Virus record (IMG/VR): IMGVR_UViG_3300025140_000187
Location: 1-47,444 of that record
Direction: 5' to 3' (one strand)
DNA from: a virus
Lineage: Duplodnaviria; Caudoviricetes
Length of the DNA stretch: 47,444 nucleotides
The notes beneath the pieces are model-generated. The model saw only the letters and a program-made list of their open reading frames with translations. It was not told the origin of the DNA and searched no databases. Both the position numbers and the translations under genes were made by a program. This document shows positions 37,258 to 46,579 of this stretch, piece after piece (the stretch's first letter is position 1; each line of letters opens with the position of its first letter).

Positions 37258-37920
37258 TTACTGCGCCCAGGCGGGTTTGCCAGATACAGGAGCGCGTTGG
37301 GGCGTTGGCGCTGTTGATCCGTTGGTCTGCGCTGGGGCTGAAGATGGTGCGGCACTACCTTGCACAGCCGCGTTGGCTGTCAACTTGGAAGGCACACCCA
37401 TGGTGCGCGCATAGTCCGGGTGGTCGGGCTCCACTGCCGTCTTGACGACGTTGCGGTCATCACCCCGGTCGTCTTTCTCGATATCCACGCGCACCACGAA
37501 CTCCAGACCATCGAGGTCAACAAAGCCTTGGATGCGCCTGGCGGCAGCAGCTTGGGGGCTGTTGTCCTGCGGCAGGACGTTTCTGGCACTGTTCAGTGCG
37601 GCGCGCACGAAGGTTCTGCCCATCTGCGTCCAGGTTGGACCCTTGGGCGAGTACAGCCCGATGTTCGACCACATCTTGCGTTTGGCATATTCGCCACCGG
37701 TGATGACAAACTCGGCAGCCAGATAGACCGCGCCCGTCTTGGGTGACTGGGTGGGATAGCCGTCCGACCAGCCCTGACTAGCGTCATAGTGGCCACCGGG
37801 TTTGAGCGTCATCAGCACCGGCACGAGCGCACCCTTGGGAATCAGGTTGAACCCCGACTGTTGGGCTTCTGCATCGTTGAAATCAGACCATGCGTAGGCT
37901 GTCATGTTGTTGTCGTTCAT
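37258..37920 (-). CDS. Putative single-stranded DNA-binding protein
   Basis: Follows Sak4-like ATPase; Pro/Ala-rich tail ending KPAWAQ. Confidence 0.6.
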   Translation of the reverse strand: MNDNNMTAYAWSDFNDAEAQQSGFNLIPKGALVPVLMTLKPGGHYDASQGWSDGYPTQSPKTGAVYLAAEFVITGGEYAKRKMWSNIGLYSPKGPTWTQMGRTFVRAALNSARNVLPQDNSPQAAAARRIQGFVDLDGLEFVVRVDIEKDDRGDDRNVVKTAVEPDHPDYARTMGVPSKLTANAAVQGSAAPSSAPAQTNGSTAPTPQRAPVSGKPAWAQ

Positions 37921-37925
37921 TTGAA

Positions 37926-38771
37926 TTACTCCTTGGAATCAGTTTGGGTTGGGGCTTGTGGGTGCTGTGCAGGTGTGCCAGTGCCAGCGCACTTGGCAAT
38001 GAGTGCGCCCAAATCAGGCGGCTCAAGCAGGTCAAGACGACCGCTGCGGTCTTTGGCCGGGTAGCCATAGGGGTTGATCGTTTGGGTGACAAATGCCCGG
38101 TATGAGCTGCCATCTTCGGCCTTGATTTCTGCCAGCGTCACCACCTCGTCCACGATGCCCGGCAGTTGCAGTGCAGTGGCGCTGCCTTCAATTTGCGGCA
38201 CGAACACCTTGCGACCAAAGTCATCGGTTTTGCTGTCCAGGATGGCCACAAACACGACGTTCTTGCCACGGGCATGCTGCAAGTGGGTGAGCGCCGTGAT
38301 CATTTCCTGGCCCAAAAGACCATATGCGCCGCGTGAATCCGGCTTGCCAGTGCGGTCAGAAAACGCGGCTGGCTGACTCTTGGCCCAGTTAAAACACAGG
38401 CGAGAGAGCGCCGTGATGGAGTCGCAAAAGTAGGTCTGGTACTTATCCAGGCTGCCCGGGTCGCCATAAACCGAGCAGACATGGTCGAAATGCGCCTGCG
38501 AGAAAGGGGACTGATCAGGCAGTGCCGGATTGGGTCCGGCCAGATAGACCACCAGATCGCGAAACTCAGGCCAAGTGCGCGGCCGGATGGTGTCGCCCGT
38601 CCAGTCGGCGACAGACAAATCGCCCGCTTCCAAATCAATGAACAACGTGGACTGTTTTTCGAGGTGTTTCAGCTGGGTCGTTTTGCCGATACCACTGACG
38701 CCCAGGATGACGATCTTGACGCCACGGCGCTGCGCGCGACGCTCATCGGCGGTAATGATGGGAAGTGCCAT
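37926..38771 (-). CDS. AAA_24 / Sak4-like ATPase
   Basis: GVSGIGKT Walker A, FIDLEAG, DSIT, AKDRSG. Confidence 0.85.
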   Translation of the reverse strand: MALPIITADERRAQRRGVKIVILGVSGIGKTTQLKHLEKQSTLFIDLEAGDLSVADWTGDTIRPRTWPEFRDLVVYLAGPNPALPDQSPFSQAHFDHVCSVYGDPGSLDKYQTYFCDSITALSRLCFNWAKSQPAAFSDRTGKPDSRGAYGLLGQEMITALTHLQHARGKNVVFVAILDSKTDDFGRKVFVPQIEGSATALQLPGIVDEVVTLAEIKAEDGSSYRAFVTQTINPYGYPAKDRSGRLDLLEPPDLGALIAKCAGTGTPAQHPQAPTQTDSKE

Positions 38772-39533
38772 TTATGCCGCCTCTTTCATCTGATCGAGCA
38801 CCGCCGGGTTCCACAGAATCTGGTACCCCGAGTGGCCATTGCGTGAGTAAGGCAAAGCCTCACCCCATGCACGTCCCTTCTCAGTCAACTCCCATTCGTC
38901 GCGGTCATTGCGTTGTTGCAAACCGATCGCAGCAAGGCGAAGGTTGACGCTGCGGGCCGCTATCCCCGACTGCTCACCAAGCTTGGTCGGATTCAGCGCC
39001 GCGATGGGCTCGTTATTGGCAGGCAGCGCCCGGCGCATGGTTTCAATGACAAGACCGGTATTTTCGTGAATACAGGTCAACGTGGCGGCCATGGCAATGC
39101 CGCGCTTCACACCGGGCACCTTGGCAACGGCTTCACCGATCAGAAGCAAGGCGGACACTCGGTCCTGGGTTGGCGCGGGCAATTGAGAGACGTGACCTGG
39201 TGCGGTGTAGGCACCGGTTTTACGGATTGAGGGAAGGACCTCGTGGGTCACCCAACGCTTGAAGCGTTTGGCTGCATCTTTGGTACTGCCCAAGATCAGC
39301 GCGTACAGACCGTATTCACTCACATGGTTGGCACGCTGCGTGCGCCCAAGGTTGTCGATGACCTCCATTTTCTGGAGGTCATCGCTGTCCACATGGGTTT
39401 TGATGGCCTGAGAGGGATTCCCCAACTCCAGCACTTGGCAAACGTCAGTGGCGTTGAACCAGGGTTCCCCGGCGGCATCCAAGTTGACGCGCAGGGCATG
39501 ACTCTCAAATTCAAATGGGATGATTTTGGACAT
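38772..39533 (-). CDS. Bro-N domain antirepressor-like protein
   Basis: PWFNATDVCQVL...AKRFKRWVTHEVLPSIRKTGAY. Confidence 0.88.
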   Translation of the reverse strand: MSKIIPFEFESHALRVNLDAAGEPWFNATDVCQVLELGNPSQAIKTHVDSDDLQKMEVIDNLGRTQRANHVSEYGLYALILGSTKDAAKRFKRWVTHEVLPSIRKTGAYTAPGHVSQLPAPTQDRVSALLLIGEAVAKVPGVKRGIAMAATLTCIHENTGLVIETMRRALPANNEPIAALNPTKLGEQSGIAARSVNLRLAAIGLQQRNDRDEWELTEKGRAWGEALPYSRNGHSGYQILWNPAVLDQMKEAA

Positions 39534-39535
39534 GA

Positions 39536-40018
39536 TCAGGACTCCAGTGGGTCGAGGGAAAGGGTGAAGGCTGGTTTGCCAGGCTCAACCGTGCGAGCAG
39601 CGGAAAACTGCTGCTGCAACGTCGGTGGCCAATTCGTGTAGCGTGATTCGGAAACCGACAACTTGATATCGATAAAGCTCTTGACCTGGTCACCGGATGC
39701 AGCCACACGCTCAGCGATCTCACTGAGCTGCTTTTGATCCCAAGTGACTTTTTTTGGAAGATCAAACTTGATGCGCAACGGGCCATCGGTGATATGAGCG
39801 GTGCCAAAATCACGGCCAGATTCCAGCAACGCGGCTTTGGCCTGTTCTTCGTAGCACTGCTTCAAAGCGGCGTCGAACTTGGTACGGGCCTGTTTGAGCC
39901 AGGCAATGGCTTTGTCCAGATTGACATCCACTTCAAGTTTTTGAGCGGGTGTCAGCTGGGCCAGTTGGCTCACGGACATCTCAGCAATGTCGGAGGGGAA
40001 AAGGGTAAGGTCAGACAT
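39536..40018 (-). CDS. Hypothetical early protein
   Basis: 160 aa, GGAGG RBS, coiled N-terminal half. Confidence 0.65.
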   Translation of the reverse strand: MSDLTLFPSDIAEMSVSQLAQLTPAQKLEVDVNLDKAIAWLKQARTKFDAALKQCYEEQAKAALLESGRDFGTAHITDGPLRIKFDLPKKVTWDQKQLSEIAERVAASGDQVKSFIDIKLSVSESRYTNWPPTLQQQFSAARTVEPGKPAFTLSLDPLES

Positions 40019-40030
40019 GACTTTCCCTCC

Positions 40031-40294
40031 TTATTGATACACAGCGCTAGAAGTTGAGTGGCGTGAAACGCGCCGCTCATAAGCTTCGATCTGGTGAATC
40101 AAATAAGTGACTCTTGAGCCCAACTTGAGGTGTATGGGTCCGAGTTTTTCTTGCCGCCAACGGCGCAGCGTTTTGACGGAGAGGCCCCACCGAGCGGCGA
40201 GTTCGTTTTCGTCGAGTGCCAGACGGACAGCACTGTTTGGTGGGGACCGGAAGGCATTCCGGTTGGGTTGAACAGAAGAGACTTGGCGTTGCAT
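40031..40294 (-). CDS. AlpA/excisionase-like HTH protein
   Basis: AAAGGAG RBS; LDENELAARWGLSVKTLRRWR...GP...KLG. Confidence 0.8.
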   Translation of the reverse strand: MQRQVSSVQPNRNAFRSPPNSAVRLALDENELAARWGLSVKTLRRWRQEKLGPIHLKLGSRVTYLIHQIEAYERRVSRHSTSSAVYQ

Positions 40295-40400
40295 TTGGAG
40301 CACTCCTTTAGTTGGGGTGCCCCTATTTCCGCGCAGATCAGACTTCGATATCTCGCAGTCTTTACGCAGAAATCACGTTGAAATTACAACGACTGAATCT

Positions 40401-42656
40401 TTACGCTGATTGCGCTTCAACGCTTGTAGATTCAGAAACTTGCCGGTAATCAGTCAATCCGATGTTGAGCTCCCATAGTCGTGATTTACTGTTTCCGTCA
40501 GCGCCTCGAATATAGGTAGCCCATTCGGGTGCACCCCTGAAAAACTCGTTCATTGAACGAATTGACTTTCCAGCAGCATCCTCAAGCTGGCGTTTGGTGC
40601 ATTTGCGCTTTTGGCTCGACGATGCGTTCACCAGCACTTCCACTACATCGACCCATTCTTTAGTTGTCAGCGACCAGGGCTCCGGCCAAGGTCCAATGAG
40701 CAATGCATTCCGCGCGTCTTCCTTGATGAGCGTTGGCGTATCAGTAGTTACAGCCGCAGCCTGCCTGCGACATATCTCACCCTCAACCCGGCTCAAATCA
40801 ATACAGACCTGACCTTCCACCTCTTGCGCCAAGGTTTCCAAAGACACGACGATGCCTGGTCCAAGGAATCGGCGAGCCGATCCCGTCGTGGTTGCAAGGA
40901 CGATAGTCAATCCAAGATTGGATTGACGAAGTTGCAAGTCCAGCTTGTCGGCATGCTTGGGCTCCCAGATGCGCGAAACCAGCGCGACGGGCAGGCGCTG
41001 ATCGCCCATGCGATAGTTGCCTAGCAAATATGGCTCTTGATCGTCGACAGTCAGGGGAATGTCGACAAGGTGCAATTTGAGCAGTTGATCAAGCCGCTCG
41101 CGCAGATACGATTTGTCAACCGTATAACGGCACAAATCGCCATCTGAAAGCTCATATTTTTCACCTGTGAGTTCGTCCATTGCCCAAGTGTTGGTGCTGT
41201 TGAAATTCACCTTCAGGCGTCGAAAGCCACACTGCCCATCCTCATCCTCAATGGGCACGGTGATGAATTCACCGAGAGATTTTTTCTTGAGCAGCCCCTT
41301 GCTGACCAGATCGGCGGCAGGCAAGTTGAGCACGGTCAGCAGGTGACCATCGATTTCATCAACGGCGAGGTCAAGAAGTTTCATCTCGGCCCGGAACAAC
41401 GCCAAGTCAGCTCCGACTTTGACCGGCTTCACCTGCTTCATGACACCGAGTGAGGTCAATATCTCCTCGCCGCATTTGCGCATCCGAGGATCGGGCAGCG
41501 ACAACAAGTTACAGGAGCCGCGCTGCCCCACTGTGATATCAAGCGCTCGGCTATCGTCATCGCCGTCAAAACGGATCACGAACGACAACTTCACTTCGAG
41601 GATGGAGCGACAGCTTGATAGCGGGTTGCGGTCGCCAAATTGCGTATCAGAGACACTCCATAAATTGTCGCTGTTCGCCAACGCCAGGGTTACGCTGTGG
41701 CGTGTATGACCCAGGGTCACGGTCAACGCTGAAACCCAAGCGTCCTGGATGACAGCGCCGTTGGCCTTCGAATCCATGAGATTCACTTTGTGTTTGAACA
41801 TTGCCAGCTCGTAGCTGACCGCGTCCACTGGCTGTTTTGAAAGGGGCTTCTCAAAACCGATGGCAGCGAACCGATCCGCCAGTTGCTTGGCGGTACCCTT
41901 TTTGTCGGAGAGCACATGCACTTTGTTGTCGACGGGGTCATACACCAGTGTGGCTTCGAGCGCAGGTGTGAACAGAAACAGGTCACGCCTGCGATCCTTC
42001 ATCTGGCGCAGCAACTTCATCTTGCCGGGGTGATATACAACGAGATAGTGCAGCCGCCGTTTGACGGATTCGTCGCCCGCCTCCATCTCAAAATGAATCA
42101 CCTCGCAGCTATTCTTTGATTCTTCGTCCAAACCGAGAATCTCACCGACGCCCTCATGCAGTTTTTTTGCTACCTCCGGTGTCCATTCAAAGTCACGCCC
42201 GTCACCATCCCGCACTGTAAATCCGAGAAATTTCTTGTGTCCGTGGAAATGATGCGTGAGGTAAATCGTCTCAATCTGATCGAAGATGTGCGCGGCATTC
42301 ACTCGCAACCAGATCATGCGGGTCATCGCGTCGGTAGATCGGTCAAAAGTCCCTATCTCCGGATGATTTTCCAATTCAATTTTCCCGTAGGCGTAATCCA
42401 GCATCTCTTCGGTGCGAAAGCGCACCAGCTGAAGGAAACGCACCGCCTCCTGGTCAGCGATGGTGATGTCTTCGCGTTTGACTGATTGGATACATTCGAG
42501 GAGTTCGGAGCGTGCCAGTTGCTCAGGCTTGGACGTGTCGAGCACGGCCAGGAATGCGAACTTATCGACTCGCGCCAGCCGCGATATGGATGTAAGGGTC
42601 GCCGAGTTGATCAGGTCAACGACATGCTTGCTGTTTTTTTGAGATTTTTTTGCCAC
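40401..42656 (-). CDS. Large hypothetical protein, possible C-terminal winged helix
   Basis: ~750 aa; GTG 42656 after AAGGAG. Confidence 0.75.
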   Translation of the reverse strand: MAKKSQKNSKHVVDLINSATLTSISRLARVDKFAFLAVLDTSKPEQLARSELLECIQSVKREDITIADQEAVRFLQLVRFRTEEMLDYAYGKIELENHPEIGTFDRSTDAMTRMIWLRVNAAHIFDQIETIYLTHHFHGHKKFLGFTVRDGDGRDFEWTPEVAKKLHEGVGEILGLDEESKNSCEVIHFEMEAGDESVKRRLHYLVVYHPGKMKLLRQMKDRRRDLFLFTPALEATLVYDPVDNKVHVLSDKKGTAKQLADRFAAIGFEKPLSKQPVDAVSYELAMFKHKVNLMDSKANGAVIQDAWVSALTVTLGHTRHSVTLALANSDNLWSVSDTQFGDRNPLSSCRSILEVKLSFVIRFDGDDDSRALDITVGQRGSCNLLSLPDPRMRKCGEEILTSLGVMKQVKPVKVGADLALFRAEMKLLDLAVDEIDGHLLTVLNLPAADLVSKGLLKKKSLGEFITVPIEDEDGQCGFRRLKVNFNSTNTWAMDELTGEKYELSDGDLCRYTVDKSYLRERLDQLLKLHLVDIPLTVDDQEPYLLGNYRMGDQRLPVALVSRIWEPKHADKLDLQLRQSNLGLTIVLATTTGSARRFLGPGIVVSLETLAQEVEGQVCIDLSRVEGEICRRQAAAVTTDTPTLIKEDARNALLIGPWPEPWSLTTKEWVDVVEVLVNASSSQKRKCTKRQLEDAAGKSIRSMNEFFRGAPEWATYIRGADGNSKSRLWELNIGLTDYRQVSESTSVEAQSA

Positions 42657-42727
42657 TTGATGCTCCTTGAACAATGCTGAGTGGCTTTCGTCCCCTTGAT
42701 GGTCGCGCCCACAGCTTCAAACGTTTG

Positions 42728-43249
42728 TCACGGGATGATTCCCAACCTGATCTTGGTTTTGATGCTGGACAACCAGTCTTCGCGGTACTGCAATGCAAAT
42801 GCATTGCGATTGCCGCGCCCGACACCTGCCTGGCGGGCCAAATCTTCCAGCGATGTCATGCAATCGAGCCAGCCCAGTCCATTCGATGCCACCAAAGCAG
42901 CCTTGTCAGCGGTCGTGACTATGATGACTTGGGATGGCAACAGTTTGTTGGCAGCCAGCCAAGCAAAGAGATGCTTTTCGCCATCATCAAGTGTGATGCA
43001 TGAAGGGTTGCTCAACACGAGGGTTGCGAGCTCTTTCCTGCTGACCGGGTGCTGTCGGGCAAGCCCTGCTTTCAAATCGGCAGCAGGAACTGCGACGTGT
43101 CGGGGATCGCCAGGATTGCCGGTAAGCGTTTCCTCTACGCACTTCTCGACTGTCTCAATGGCGAAGTGGTTGCAGATCGCTGCCCAGCAGCCTGTTCGGA
43201 ATGATTCGAGGATGACATTGGTGTCCGCAAAAACTCGGATTTTCGGCAT
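42728..43249 (-). CDS. PIN-like domain protein
   Basis: VFADTNV, CVEE, LDDGE, TTADK acidic tetrad pattern. Confidence 0.6.
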   Translation of the reverse strand: MPKIRVFADTNVILESFRTGCWAAICNHFAIETVEKCVEETLTGNPGDPRHVAVPAADLKAGLARQHPVSRKELATLVLSNPSCITLDDGEKHLFAWLAANKLLPSQVIIVTTADKAALVASNGLGWLDCMTSLEDLARQAGVGRGNRNAFALQYREDWLSSIKTKIRLGIIP

Positions 43250-43261
43250 ACGGTGCTTACC

Positions 43262-44383
43262 TCACAGCTCGAACGGAGCGGTGAGGTCGTACTGAGCAAA
43301 CAGCTCGGTCAACCCGGCCAGTCCAAGACCCATGGCCTTGGCGGCTTTGCGAGCCGAAAGCCTTCCGTTCTCCAGGGCCTCGTGAAGCATCTTCACGAAG
43401 GTCGAAGAGAACCGCTTGGGTGGGCCTGACACCGATGGCCGCTGCTTCTCTTGCGCAAGACTGCGCCGGGTGTCGACACCAATGAGCTTGAGGTTGAACA
43501 ATCGCCATGCAAGCGTGACGGGGGCAACCCGCAGCAAGGCCGCGACTTCGCACAGGTGCGCAATGTTGTCAAGATGGTCAGGCTTGATCAATTTGTCGAG
43601 GGACGCGCTCGGCATCAGCAGCGCAGCGGCGAAACTGTTCGCCAACTGCTCGATGCGCTTGACCTTGTTGCGTTCCTCGAAGGAGTTTGATTCCCGGTGA
43701 TCAGGCTTCATCGCATCCCAAGTCAGAGCATGAAAGAGCTCGTGCGCCAAATCGAAGAAACGCCGGGCTTCGTTCTCGTTGCGGTTGATCAGTATGACGC
43801 CCATCTCTTCCAGGTGACAGGTAGCGCCCGAGATGGAATGACCATCGGCAGTGTCGACCGTATCAACGAACAGAACCGGAATGTCCAACTCGCGCTCAAT
43901 CTTGTCGATCAAACCTTCGGCTGGAATGACGCCGAGATCAAGTTCGGCGACCAAGCTTTCCGCGCGCTCCTGTGCGTCTTCGAAAGACGACTGCGAGGAC
44001 AGCCGCAGGGCACGCTTGAGCACACTCGACCGGCTGTCCTGCTGCTCGCGCAACCAGCGAAGCAGGCCGATCCACTGACCAGCCTTGAGCTCGAACCCGT
44101 CCAGGCTGTCTTCGGGCACCTCCGGCGCGGCACGCCAGGAAAACTGCGCTTCCCCAGCAACGGCGAACGGGTCGATGAAAAAATCAATATCGCGATCAAA
44201 TAAATCTGCAAGCGCCAGCATTTCATCTGGTTTGAGCGAGCGCTTACCGTTTTCGATATCAGAGACTGACTGACGGTCTTTCAAGCCCAAACCATCGGTA
44301 AGTTGGTCTTGGGTCCAGCCTTTCGCAACGCGTGCGGATTTAACGCGGTAGCCGATAAGCTTCTGCGAAATTTTTCCAAGCAT
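43262..44383 (-). CDS. XRE HTH - ImmA/IrrE metallopeptidase fusion regulator
   Basis: WTQDQL...SVSDIENGKR; RRFFDLAHELFH; EQLANSFAAALLMP; ATG 44383 after GGAGGT. Confidence 0.9.
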   Translation of the reverse strand: MLGKISQKLIGYRVKSARVAKGWTQDQLTDGLGLKDRQSVSDIENGKRSLKPDEMLALADLFDRDIDFFIDPFAVAGEAQFSWRAAPEVPEDSLDGFELKAGQWIGLLRWLREQQDSRSSVLKRALRLSSQSSFEDAQERAESLVAELDLGVIPAEGLIDKIERELDIPVLFVDTVDTADGHSISGATCHLEEMGVILINRNENEARRFFDLAHELFHALTWDAMKPDHRESNSFEERNKVKRIEQLANSFAAALLMPSASLDKLIKPDHLDNIAHLCEVAALLRVAPVTLAWRLFNLKLIGVDTRRSLAQEKQRPSVSGPPKRFSSTFVKMLHEALENGRLSARKAAKAMGLGLAGLTELFAQYDLTAPFEL

Positions 44384-44414
44384 GGCAGTGACCTCCAAAA
44401 CGCATAGTTTAAAC

Positions 44415-44463
44415 ATGCAATTTTATAAATGCAAGAAAAACTTGCTTTTTTATAAATGCAAGA
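44415..44463. promoter_or_regulatory. Tandem operator in divergent control region
   Basis: TTTTATAAATGCAAGA at 44421 and 44448, each within an imperfect TGC-N-GCA palindrome. Confidence 0.65.
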
Positions 44464-44544
44464 TGCGGCGTTGCCCTACGTTACCCATCGTCTTGGAAGA
44501 TTTGAATCATGATTTGTGGGTCTTTCAAATGCCCTTTGCAAACC

Positions 44545-44751
44545 ATGAAACCGATCAAACTCACTCCCCCCGAACAGATGTCAGCGCGCCAACGCGCGTC
44601 TGAAATCACAACCATCCTGGTTGCAGCCATTATGCGTACCCACGCCAGTGGCCAATCTGCGACAGAACAGAATGAAAGACAAGTTGAACTTGGCTTTTCT
44701 GGTCACCAGCGCGTTCATACAAACCCCTATCAACCAAGGAGTTCCAAATGA
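44545..44751 (+). CDS. Small hypothetical protein divergent from regulator
   Basis: 68 aa; ATGA-coupled to next gene; contains repeat R7. Confidence 0.5.
   Translation: MKPIKLTPPEQMSARQRASEITTILVAAIMRTHASGQSATEQNERQVELGFSGHQRVHTNPYQPRSSK
44689..44719 (+). repeat. Repeat motif copy R7 upstream of DUF2924/recombinase genes
   Basis: CTTGGCTT-ttctggtcac-CAGCGCGTTCATA, same spacing as R1-R6. Confidence 0.85.
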
Positions 44752-45203
44752 ACGACACCACCACTTCAGTGGCTGCCCAAGTGGCCGCGTTGTCGAGCCT
44801 ACCAATGCCAGACCTGTGGACATTGTGGGATCGGTTTTTCAAGCGCCGCCCAGAAAACCCCAACCGCAAGTACCTGGAGTCTCGTGTTGCCTACAAGCTA
44901 CAGGAACAGGCGTTTGGCGGTCTGCCCGTGGAAACACAGCGCCGACTGATCAACATTGGCATACGCCACTCCAAGATCAAGAGCAGGCAGATTGCCCGCG
45001 ACATTGAACTGGCACCTGGCACTGTTTTGCTGCGCGAATGGGGCGACCGTGACCACAAAGTGACGGTGACCGCCGAGGGCACTTTTGAATATGAAGGCAA
45101 GTTTTTCAAAAGCCTGTCTGCGGTGGCCAGGCACATCTCTGGCACCCCATGGTCTGGGCCACTGTTTTTTGGTCTCAAAACAAACCGCAAGGAGGCAGCA
45201 TGA
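44748..45203 (+). CDS. DUF2924-family protein
   Basis: AAGGAG RBS; AYKLQEQAFGGL, PGTVLLREW, SLSAVARHISGTPWSGPLFFGL. Confidence 0.85.
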   Translation: MNDTTTSVAAQVAALSSLPMPDLWTLWDRFFKRRPENPNRKYLESRVAYKLQEQAFGGLPVETQRRLINIGIRHSKIKSRQIARDIELAPGTVLLREWGDRDHKVTVTAEGTFEYEGKFFKSLSAVARHISGTPWSGPLFFGLKTNRKEAA

Positions 45204-46579
45204 ACGCCGCCACCCAAATTGCATCACCCAAGCCGCGCAAGAGGTGCGCCGTGTATTGCAGGGTCTCGTCTGACGAGCGGTTGATGCAGGAATTCAACTC
45301 CATTGATGCGCAGAAGGAATCCGGCCAAGCCTATGTTGCCAGCCAACGCTCAGAGGGCTGGATTCCAGTGGTGAACGACTACGACGATCCCGGGTTTTCT
45401 GGAGGCAACACCGAGCGGCCCGGACTCAAACGACTGATGGCTGACATCGAGCGCGGCTTGATTGATGTTGTGGTGGTCTACAAAATTGACCGGCTGACCC
45501 GCAGCCTGGCGGATTTCTCCAAAATGGTGGAGGTGTTCGAGCGCCAGGGCGTGTCATTCGTTTCCGTCACCCAGCAGTTCAACACCACCACGTCCATGGG
45601 CCGCTTGATGCTCAACGTGCTGCTGTCGTTTGCCCAGTTTGAGCGGGAAGTCACCGGCGAGCGGATCCGCGACAAGATTGCCGCCAGCAAACGCAAGGGA
45701 CTGTGGATGGGTGGTGTGCCGCCCTTGGGCTACGACGTGGCCAACCGGCTGCTGGTGGTCAACGAGACTGAGGCTGAACTGGTGCGGCGCATCTTTGGCG
45801 AAATGCTCACGATTGGGTCGCCGACACGCATCGCGCAGGGCTTGGCCAGCGAGGGCATCACGACCAAAGCCTGGACAACGCAGGACGGCCAGGTGCGCAG
45901 TGGCACGCAGATGGATCGGAAATACCTGTACAAACTGCTGCGCAATCGCATCTATCTGGGCGAGTTGTCACACAAGGGCAGTTGGTTCCCGGGCGCGCAC
46001 GCGCCAATCATTGACCATGGTCTGTGGGGTCAGGTGCATGAAGTGCTGGCGCGCGACTCGCATGTGCGTTCGGTGGACACACAAACGCGCGAGAGCACAG
46101 AGGCACTGTTGCGTGGCCTGTTGTTTGGCCCCAGTGGCGACCCGATGTACCCAACCTACGCCAGCAAGAACAAACGCAAGTACCGCTATTACGTCTCCAA
46201 GGCTGAAATGCGATTTGGTGCAGCGGGTAAAACGCACGAGCGCATTCCGGCTGCTGAGGTGGAAGCCGCGACGGTCAACCAAGTCAAAACGGTGCTCTCC
46301 AGTCCGGAAGCCATCACAGCCGTTTGCAAATCACTTGAACAGCAGGGTGTCCAGATTAATGAAGACGAGATCGTGATGGCACTGCACCGGCTTGGAGAGG
46401 CTTGGGAACAGCTGTACCCGGCCGAGCGCATCAGGATCGTCAAATTGATGATCGAGCGGGTGGATATTGTCGCTGGTGGGCTGAAGGTGAAATGGTACGC
46501 CTTGGGCTGGAAGGAACTCATCAAAGAGTTCGCAGCGAAGGGCATTGGTGCGGAACTGGTGGAAATGGAGCCCGCATGA
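45200..46579 (+). CDS. Large serine recombinase (integrase)
   Basis: AVYCRVSS catalytic Ser, RPGL, KIDRLTRS, GGVPPLGY, NRIYLG, HAPII. Confidence 0.95.
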   Translation: MNAATQIASPKPRKRCAVYCRVSSDERLMQEFNSIDAQKESGQAYVASQRSEGWIPVVNDYDDPGFSGGNTERPGLKRLMADIERGLIDVVVVYKIDRLTRSLADFSKMVEVFERQGVSFVSVTQQFNTTTSMGRLMLNVLLSFAQFEREVTGERIRDKIAASKRKGLWMGGVPPLGYDVANRLLVVNETEAELVRRIFGEMLTIGSPTRIAQGLASEGITTKAWTTQDGQVRSGTQMDRKYLYKLLRNRIYLGELSHKGSWFPGAHAPIIDHGLWGQVHEVLARDSHVRSVDTQTRESTEALLRGLLFGPSGDPMYPTYASKNKRKYRYYVSKAEMRFGAAGKTHERIPAAEVEAATVNQVKTVLSSPEAITAVCKSLEQQGVQINEDEIVMALHRLGEAWEQLYPAERIRIVKLMIERVDIVAGGLKVKWYALGWKELIKEFAAKGIGAELVEMEPA

